Source: Dimorphilus gyrociliatus (lineage: Eukaryota; Animalia; Annelida). From it: a DNA stretch of 64,000 nt. The stretch is taken from assembly GCA_904063045.1 (NCBI GenBank), contig CAJFCJ010000012.1, forward strand, positions 310,001 through 374,000, written 5' to 3'. Positions 48,501 through 58,441 of the stretch are shown here, in pieces (within the stretch, counting starts at the first letter, position 1; every line of letters starts with the position of its first letter). Below the pieces are notes generated by a model that was not told where the DNA came from, made no database searches, and saw only the letters and a list, made by a program, of their open reading frames with translations. The translations under genes and the position numbers were made by a program.

Positions 48501-50626
48501 AAGAAATAACGCAGAAAATGGTTGACTTTTTAATCGACTATGTCGACGGACCATTTGCTTTTACAGCAATTCAACAAATAATACTACATCGAGTAGAGAC
48601 CTTAGAAAATTATCATGATAACTTTGCCAATGCCATAAAGTTTTCCCAATATGGTGGACTTTATATACCAGATAATATTATATTAGCCCTATGTACTACT
48701 GAAGAGAGAGCAAAATTCTATAGTAAAGCTTTATGGGAAAAGCATCTCCAGAATCAGGACACACCATATACCAAAGGAATTCTATACGCCCTTCAGCAAA
48801 TTGCTCAAAAGTACAAAAATGCAGTTGTCACTTACCAAAAAGAAATACAGAATATGAAAGACGGGAAGTATCAAAGTGCAGCTGCTGATGTCATCAATGT
48901 TTTAGAAGGAAGAACTCTGGCGAATGTAGCAAATGATGTTGAAGAACAAAGAGAAGATATTGATAATTTAGATTCCAGAGTTACGAATAATGAAGATAAA
49001 ATTGAAAATCTTGATAATGATGTCAGAGAAACTAAAGAAGACGTCGCCAATGTTAAACAAGATGTCAAAGAAACTAAGGAACGCATTGATCAAATTGAAT
49101 ATACAATCAAAGGACTCGATGAAAGAGTTGAAGAACTCAGTCATATGACTCTTTCACATGCTCCCGCTTGGACTCGTCATGTTTCCGAATTAATGAATGA
49201 TCAAACCGATCACGATTGGAGACTCTTAGCTATGAAACTCAACTATACAAACGACGATATACGAAATTGGGCTACTCAACCAGATCCTTGTCTATCGATG
49301 TTTGATGAATGGTTTGCTACTCACAAAACAAGAGAAGCTACAAACGCCATTTTAACTAATCTGAAAGAAATGAACAGATTAGACGCTGCTGAAATTGTGG
49401 AAAGTGCACTTGCAAATGTGAAAGATGTTGTTCAAGATGACGAAGATGAAGAGTTTGAGAAACCAGAAGTGTTTCTCAGCTATCAATGGGGACATCAACA
49501 AGAAGTGAAACTTCTGCGTAAACACTTGGAGATGGCCGGATTCAAGGCATGGATGGACATTGGCCAAATGGGTGGAGGTGACAAATTATACGCCAAAATC
49601 GATGATGGTGTTCGTTCAGCCAAAGTGATTATCAGTTGTGTAAGTGAGAAATATGCAAAATCCGCAAATTGCTGTAGAGAAGTTAACTTGTCAACAAATC
49701 TTGGAAAACCAATGATACCAATACTCATGGAACAATTATCGTGGCCTCCTGCAGGTCCGATGGGACCAATCATGTCTGAATATTTGTATATTAGGTTCTT
49801 CAAGTCTGGTGGAATGGAAAAAGGCGACTCTGTATTTTGGTTGCCAGCAAAATTTCAAGAACTTCTCATGCAAGTTCGATACTTCGTCGTACCAGATATG
49901 AAACTCATTACGAATGATTCTCCTTATAAAGGATGGATGAATCCACCGGAAGAAGAAATCATCATTCCGAAACGAGAACAAAAGGCCATTGAATCAAGCA
50001 ATGGGAAATCGGAAGAGAACACGGAACAAGAAGTTTCGCCAGATGTCTTTATATCTTATCAATGGGGAAAACAACCACAAATTAAACGTCTATATAAAAA
50101 GCTTAGTGAAATGGGCTATTACTGTTGGTTAGATATCATGCAGATGGGAGGAGGAGATTCTCTTTTTGATAAAATTGATAAGGGAATCAGAGGAGCAAAA
50201 GTGATAATATCATGTGTTACTCCAAAGTATGCATTGAGTGCGAATTGTCGAAGAGAAGTTTCATTATCAGGAGCATTGAGTAAGCCAATTGTTCCTTTAT
50301 TATTAGAAGACATGAAATGGCCACCAGAAGGACCAATGTCGATGACATTTACGGAACTTTTATACATTGGATTTCACAGAAAGAAAGACGATAAGTTGTG
50401 GGAGGGTGACGAATTCAATCAATTAATTTCAAAAATTGACCTGAATGCACCAGGATGTAGAACACTGTCAACATCAAGCAGAGTAAAAGATCAGTCGACA
50501 ACTGTTTCGTTAAATAAGAAAAGTGTTCAGAAAAATTCCGAGAAAAGAGATGACACAAACAGTTTGTTTGAATACAAGTACCAAAATTCTAATAGCAATA
50601 CATCAGGGGCATGCCAGATTTTATAA
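45542..50626 (+). CDS. Array copy 4: same architecture, unrelated short tail, ends CQIL
   Basis: ATG 45542. Same exon structure with open frame. The track's start at 48371 (TTG) is internal to the last exon. Core at 48950-50458. Confidence 0.87.
48950..50458 (+). repeat. 1,509-bp near-identical coding repeat, copy 4 of 4
   Basis: Offset +19465 from copy 1. Diverges immediately after ...GCACCAGGATGT. Confidence 0.97.
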
Positions 50627-52239
50627 ATTTTTAATTGATTTTTTATAGCATTTACTATATAAATTAGCTGAATAATTCTGTTTCTTTCGTAAAAATAATT
50701 CACTTTATATTTTGTGATCTGTCGTTTAAAGGATTTACATTTTAATAGACAGTTTTATTCAAATATATATTTTACTTTATAAATAAAATTGGATATTTTT
50801 TATGATATATTGCTTTTTTAACTTACAATGCTATGGTTAATGCGTAGCCATGTTCACAAAGTTGAAATATTTTTTGTGAAAAGTTAAAAAAAGTTGATTT
50901 TTTTACGTGTTTTAGATAAGTGAGAATGTTTTAGATGAAGTACTGGAACAGAGTTGAATTTAGCAACTCATGTTTGTGTATTGCTTAGTGGTGCACTCTG
51001 TGTTGTATATGACAAAGTAGATATTATTGCACAATAGCTGTTGTTTTAGAAAACAGTAAATGTGCACTCTAAAAGTTTTAATAACACAGTTTTTATTATT
51101 GCAAATTTTGTTTGATTCTTTGTCACTAGAATGTTAACAATATGTTTTCATTTATTTGAAAAAATGATATTCTATGGGATGTAATTATTAGAATTCCTAG
51201 GAACGGAATTATTCACAATAGAGATGAGTATTAGCTATATATTTGGGAATAATGAGAACTAGTATATCCCGTAGTCTTGAAGTATGACTTAGATCTGGAT
51301 AAGAAGACATATGACTGAAATCAATATTTTAGAACTAGTTTTAGAAAAATATCATTTGAGAAAGTATTAGAATCGACAAAACCAACAACAACTTATTGAA
51401 GCCTTGTAACAGTCATGAATAAAAGGAATACAATCAAAAATATATGCGAAGAGAGAAACTGATCAAAATAACTTAATGGAAAAGGTTAATAAGTCTGAGA
51501 AAAATAAGTTTCTTTCTAATACAAAGTGCTGAAAAATAGAATAAGAAGTAGAGAAAACATTAAATAATCAAAAGAACTTTTTGTAAAAAATTTCTATTGA
51601 ATTAATGAAAAAAATTGAGTAAACCCTACTGTTACCAGGAATTTTTTTCAAGTAATGTATTAAATAATGATGAAATGTACTCTTTCATGTAATTAATCAA
51701 TTTGAAGATTGGAGCCTATGAATAGACATCTACAAGATATTTTCTCTGATACCCTTAAATTTATAGTATGTTTTTTGATAATTCGTGTATTTAACAGTTA
51801 TTTACTAAAATATAAAGATATTTTGAATGTTATTCTCTTACAAATCTTTGATAAATTGTTCGATTGCGTGTTTTAACTTTTTTTTGCATTGTTGAAGAAA
51901 GAGTATAATAGAGATGTCTTAATTTCATACTACTGTCTCTAAATGACAGTAATAACATAAATTGTCAGCTATTAACATATCAAGAAAAAATTATGCTTAT
52001 TCAGCTAATTTAAGATTCTTTAATACTGTAAATCATAAATCATAGTTGTCACATAGAGACATATTTAACATACTCCATCCCTGTTTTTCATAACATATGG
52101 AACATTAAATTATTAACTATTGGTGTCTTAAATAAATGTGTTTTCATCTTGTTTATCGCGAGTGTCCCTTGAGAACGAATCATATTATGGTGCTATCTTC
52201 TCCATTACTCTAATTAGATTTCTTATAGAGATATTAAAA

Positions 52240-52905
52240 TAGTTACATCTAAGGAATCTGGTAGCCAAAATATAAACGAATATGATTATATTCCGGTGAT
52301 TTCTATAAACTCTTAGCAGTAAGAGTTTTGCCAAGAAAAAATTTACGAAAATAGATTATTAGCACTTGCCTAAAATGATAAAATAAACTTAGCAGTTTTG
52401 AGATTAAGTAAAAACGTCTAGATAGAGCAGGCTACATTACGTAAGGATAGAGTGTCCTTAATATAGGAGGAAATTTTTGTCCAAAAGATTTTTCAATATC
52501 TCGACGTTTTCTTATTCGGTATACCATAAAAGTAAATGAGTTAAAATGAAAAAATCCAAGGTTCAATTAAATGTAGTCAAGGAAATTGAGACTTATTTTT
52601 AGTGTTTTGCTACTGTTTATCTTATATCACCAAAATTGATGTTTCCTCTTTGGATGCTCAACGAAACGAAAATGAATTTAAAAAGCCAGCTTGTCGAGTA
52701 TGAAAAGCAGAATAATAATAGACCTTTTTTCGAAAAAAGTCCAAGTTCTAACTTGAGGGTTCTTTGCTTCTAAATTTAGCAATGACAAGCCATTGAGCGG
52801 AAGTAAAAAGTGAGGAATTGATGAGGAAATTGTAAACAAGAAACAAACTCACAAAAGGAGCGACTGAGAAACTTTTACCGTAGAGTAAAAAGTAGATAAA
52901 CTGAA
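52240..52905 (+). mobile_element. Possible heavily decayed DIRS-like retroelement relic
   Basis: Scattered motif-like translations across frames: QYLDVFLFG (~52494; cf. YLDDFL), KSEELMRKL (~52807), VDKLNR (~52892; cf. RNase H ADxLSR). Many stops, and the spacing is shorter than expected. Confidence 0.25.
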
Positions 52906-55900
52906 TAGGAGTACGTGATAAGCAAACTAAAAGTTCTTGTTCTGTTTACAGATTCTTCGGAGAAAGTAAAAAAAGTAAAAACCTTTATCTATCCATAACC
53001 ACATTAAACATAACTGTCACTATAATTTTACTTATACTTGTGACATAAATTGGTTAAAATCACTTCCTAAACTGATTACTATAGTGTTAAATAAATATTA
53101 ATTTTACCAAGATTATTATTTAAAAGAGAGAGATCGATAAGTTACGTAGCCTTAAAACTGTTCTAAAAGTTCTCTTGTTTGCGTTTATGCAGCTTTTTCC
53201 TCTAAAGATAACTGTCTATTTATTTTATGTATAATAGACGATATAGTAATGGTTATAGAACCAAAGTTATACGAAAATAAAGGGAAAATAAGCAATTTCA
53301 TTGCATTATTCCTATAATTTTAGACGACACATATATAATTTTTTTAGGTAACATAAAACGAATAAATGCCATTACTCACTAGAATATGTGAATTGAGCAA
53401 ATATCACTTTGAAATATTTTAAGAAATGTATAAGTCTATTCAAACATGCTGTTCAGTTATACTCTTAGATTCTCTGAAAGAATGAGTATATATTGAATAA
53501 ATCCTCTTATTAGAAAATTGTCCCTTTATGAAAGGTCAATATTGACCTAAAATCTTATTAATTGAAAATCTAATGAATGGTTAGCATGTAAATCTACAGG
53601 TGGAATTACGTAATCAATGTTTGAAGTCATAGCACTATAAATATACTGAAATAGGATATATGAAAGGAGGATGTTAGATAGAAGAGAAAGAAAAGCGGAA
53701 AGTAAAATGTTAGGAAAGTTGAGAAAATATATTGATCAGTTATTTTTAAGGTATAACAATAAAATTATTATGTTATTTTTTTTAATAGAGTATAACAAGG
53801 CATTATAATTAACCAATGTAAATAAATATAAAGGTATAAAGGTATCTATATATAGAATATTATATATATAATGTATATATATACTGTATAATATTATATA
53901 TATAGTACATATTGCAATGGATATTCTTGTATTATAAAATTATGGTTTATTAAATTAGACCTTGTTTTTTTTAATTTTAACCAGAAAGTAATGAGATTTC
54001 AACTACTCGCACAATAGCTTTTTATCAAATCTACCCTATAAACAGCCGAGAATAGGATTCTTACGTTTTGTTTTCTTATTGTTGATTATACAGCTGCCTA
54101 ATTAAATATTCGTATATGACCTTGAAGTTGTCATACAATTTGTCAACACTCCTCCTTGTCAAAAGCATATATACAGTATATAGCCATATACCTTGCTAAA
54201 TATATTTGTATATTAGAGTTATACAAACAATTTTTAAAATTGAAAGTATGAGATATGTACAAATTTCTTTCTGTGCTTATATTATTATTACTAATATATT
54301 ACTATTTGAATATTACTATTTGAAAAATTCTAACATCTTATCAATTAAATTGGACCATTTTTGTTTATATTTACAGCAATATTATACTTAGAATATTTAC
54401 GATTCAAAGTATAAAAAGAGATTTTAACCGTGTAATTTAGTCTTGTTATCCATGCTAATATATTGTTTTTTCCTTCCTCTATATATATTTGTGTAAACGT
54501 CTCAATATCACAATGTAATTAGGAATTTTATGAAGAATAATTACTAGATGGATGAAAAATTTGTCAAAATTAGGTTAAATGATTCCTAGAAACGATTTGT
54601 ATGTGAAATAACCTACATTCCTTGAAAGTCAAATAAAATAGTTAAGCTTAGATGAGATCAGCTAAACTGTGTGCATCTGTTCTGTGACCCTTCGGATATA
54701 TGCTGCAGTCTAAAATTCTTACGGAGGAATTTTACATTTCTTTTTAAAAAGAATACAAAACAAAACATAATTAAATGAATAGTAATTATACTTAAATGAG
54801 ATAATTAATATACTCATTTAATTGGGAATTTGATGTAAAGAAAAGTTACAAATTTACTAAATTTAATTGATAAGCTCAATATAATTTAATACTAAATGCA
54901 TAAATGCATAAAAGTAAATATTATTAATACTTCGGTATACACTGATTAGATAATTTGTTTTCTTCGTATTTTTCCACCTTCTTTAGTAATTTTTTGAACT
55001 TTTTCTGCCTTTAATCAGCTGATGTTTCCTGAGTTAAATCTTGGCTTTGTGTTGTGTTATTTATTTCACCTGTGTCTTTAAAACAATAAGATAAAAACTT
55101 TGAAACAATTTTTAGAGAAGAATAAATTCTAAAAACCTTGAACATCATCATTTTTTGGCGCTGGTTTATGTGCTAACTTCACGTAAATGCATACTATTAA
55201 AACAGATACAATTAGTATTGAAGAGAATATGACGCCAAACATGTTGGAAGCTCTGTACGGAAATAATAATACATGATATATATATATGGTACATATTAAA
55301 TATATATCATTCTACTATTGAAGTAACGCTTTAAAATGTATTATTTATGGCAAAATACCACTTGTAAAAAATAAATATATCCGTATTAAATATGAATAAG
55401 TTATAGTGGCGTTAATTTAGAAGTGGCATATATTTTAATTATCGTTAAATTATAGATATATACATACTTATGTTACCTTTCATAAGGATTTACATATGCT
55501 ATTATCATTTATGATAGTGTGAACCTCTAATTAAACTTACAATACAGCTTACATATTTAAATATATTCTGTTTGATTATTCTATTTGTCTTTACTTTAAT
55601 ACTAATTTAGGCTTGTAAAATTCTCTTTCAACTATTATTTTTAAATAAGAAGGAGTCTTTGTTTGAACAATTACTGTCAATAAGCCTTATTTTACTTAAA
55701 TCCATTAGGTGTAAACTATATAAGAATTTAAAAGATATCTCTTTCGAGAAATCTTATATAGATCAAATATTATAATTAAAAAATTATTTATTAACGTATT
55801 TACAACGAATTGTAAAGAAGTATTTATAGAACTTAGCTACGTTTATGAATGAATACATTAGATAAAACATAAATGATGTATACTTACATGTCCGAAAATT

Positions 55901-56909
55901 TACAGCACTTTTGACCATCGGGAGGGTTTAAACAACAGTAAGTATGACTATCTGGTTCGCCTGGTCTTGGACAGTTAAATCTATCCCACATATGCTTTCC
56001 ATTCGGTAGAGCGATATAATTTCGGCACTGATCTTCTGACATTATTCTTAAGAATTATTATTTGAAGGTCTTCATAAAATGACTATAAATTTTTAGAACT
56101 GCCACACTTGAATATCGAACGCTTATTCTTGCTTATTATAGTACATAGAAACCAACGATTTTTCTTGTTCAACTGGCGGTTGGGAGTTGAATGGTAATCA
56201 ATAATAGCACCTCGTTTATATATATTTGAACAATATGAAGATTTTATGAAGGTCAATAAAAAACGCACTAGTGTTGTTGTTCATTTGTCAACTAATACTC
56301 GTAATAATATTTAAAATGAAATATCGCTTTTGTTGACAGCCAATTAGCTTTGTCAACTTTTTAAGGTGTATTTTAGAAGGGGTCTTTTATATAAATGGTC
56401 ATAAATGAGAATTATAATCCTATCTGTGTCCATACAACTAATTAATAATTTCTCAAATAGTATGCAAATTTTTATAATATATTATCAATAAGAATTTGTT
56501 TTGTTATGCAAAAATATATAGTTGCCTATCTTATAATAATCAGATTATTTACATTTTCAAAAAATCTCTTCTCAATGTCATTGAATTTTGGATTAGATAG
56601 TGTAAAGATTAAGTATAAACTGTCTTTTACAAAGAGTTATTACGTAAATACTCACAAGAAAGTACTTGAGAAGTGATAAGTAGGGTAATTTCATCATTGA
56701 TATATGTTAAACTCTTATATGTTTTTATCAGTTTCTGATAAAATTGAAATGTATTCTTTTTCCTATTTGCTTTTATACTATTTGACCCTTTAAGATAAGA
56801 TTACTTATATAATTTTCTTTGTTAATACAATTGTCTTCAGCTAAAAGGTTAAAGTTTAATATTAAAGAAAGTTATATGGAATGGTGAATTCTTGCTGGCG
56901 AAGAAACTT

Positions 56910-58383
56910 ATGATGACTGACAGAATCGACAATTTAAAGACGATAGCTTGTAGAGCAATCGATGATCATTCTCTTCAATTAAAAGAAATCGGTGATAAAA
57001 TTTGGGAAAATCCAGAGCTAGGTTTAAAGGAGTATTATGCTCATGATCTTTTGACAAAATTTTTCTCAGAACACGGATTTGATGATGTTGAAAAGTCATT
57101 TGTTACCGATACGGCTTTTCGCGTTACAGCATCAAATCCTGATCCAAAAGCCCATGTTGCAGTTTTATGCGAATATGATGCCTTACCGGAAATAGGCCAT
57201 GCTTGTGGACATAATTTAATTGCAGAAGCTGGTGCGTCAGCTGCTCTAGGAATTCTAGCAGCGATTAAAGCAGGATTGAGGGGAAAGGTTGCTCTTAAAA
57301 ATAAAAAATTTTATTTTAGGAAAATTATAAATTTTCTAAATTTATCATAATTTTACAGTTAACTGTTTTCGGAACACCAGCAGAGGAGTCGGATGGGGGA
57401 AAATTATTTCTTATTGATAAAGGCGCCTTTAAAGACGTGGACGCTGCAATGATGGTTCATCCTGCAGCAATCAATTCATTTAAAACCGACTATTTATCAA
57501 TAAAGTCTTTTTGCATAACTTATCGTAAAAGTGCACATCATGAACTTAAAGTATAATGAGTTCATACATTAGTTTGTTTACTGAACATCTGTATTTTTAA
57601 GGATATATGGGAAAAGCTCAATCCATTAGATGCTGCAATTATTGCTTATAATTCTATATCAGCCTTGAGGTCAAAAATGAGGCCAACTTGGAGAATTCAT
57701 GGTAAATATCCATTCTAATAATGAGATAAGAAAATCATCTATATTTTTCCTTTTTTAGGTATAATCGCTGATGGCGGAGTCAGTCCATGTGTACTCCCAG
57801 AGAAATCAGTCTTAAAATATTACTTAAGGACGCCCACAGAGGTTTACCCATAGCGTATATTTTATTTACAAAAGAAAAGCCTATTTATAATTAGGTTTCC
57901 TTTTTAGTAAGATACTGTTGCTTTCAGGCTGAAATGATAAGTTTGGAAGAAGACGTAAGGAAGTGTTTTGATAGCGCTGCTATTGCTACGAATTGTACAG
58001 TTGAGATAGAACTTGACGAAGGTCATTACAAAAGCATTCAGCACAATGATGCAATGATCGATACTTTTAGCGCCAACGCGAAGAAATTTGGCATAATATC
58101 GGATCCATACGATAATTGCAAACCCAGTGGTTCAACTGATATGGGAAATGTTTCTCACGAGGTTCCAAGTATTCATCCGAAATACGCTTTAGCAACAAAT
58201 GCAAACATTCACACAAGGGAATTTGCTGAAGCAGCAGCAAGTGACAAATCGCAAATTGTAACTATTCAAATGGCGAAGACTTTAGCGATGACAGCAATCG
58301 ATCTTATTGAAGATTCCAGTTTGATGAAAAGAGCTAAAGATGAATTCAATGAGAGAAAAACTGGTCAGGTCGAGACGAAATAA
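56910..58383 (+). CDS. PM20D2: Peptidase M20 domain-containing protein 2-like (ACY1L2 / amidohydrolase)
   Basis: ATG 56910. Motifs [81 protein letters not shown]. Multi-exon, stop at 58381-58383. Confidence 0.92.
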
Positions 58384-58422
58384 GATTTATAAGAAAAGCT
58401 GTGGTGAGGAAAGAGAAAGACT

Positions 58423-58441
58423 AGAGAGAGAGAGAGAGAGG
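58423..58441. repeat. (GA)n microsatellite in the PM20D2 3' region
   Basis: Read directly from the sequence. Confidence 0.9.

Noticed and set aside
29400-50367. Identical antisense ORFs repeated four times (for example MANVHPCLES..., MKNLIYKYSD..., MFSFRNDDFF..., MYKSSVNVID...)
   Set aside because: These are shadows of the sense-strand core. Their identity reflects the nucleotide identity of the repeat, not separate genes.
26056-50626. Bacterial anti-phage TIR operon, contamination or CRISPR-like array
   Set aside because: The genes have conserved GT-AG spliceosomal introns, Death domains and CaaX motifs, and sit among metazoan genes. There is no short repeat-spacer array anywhere in the window.
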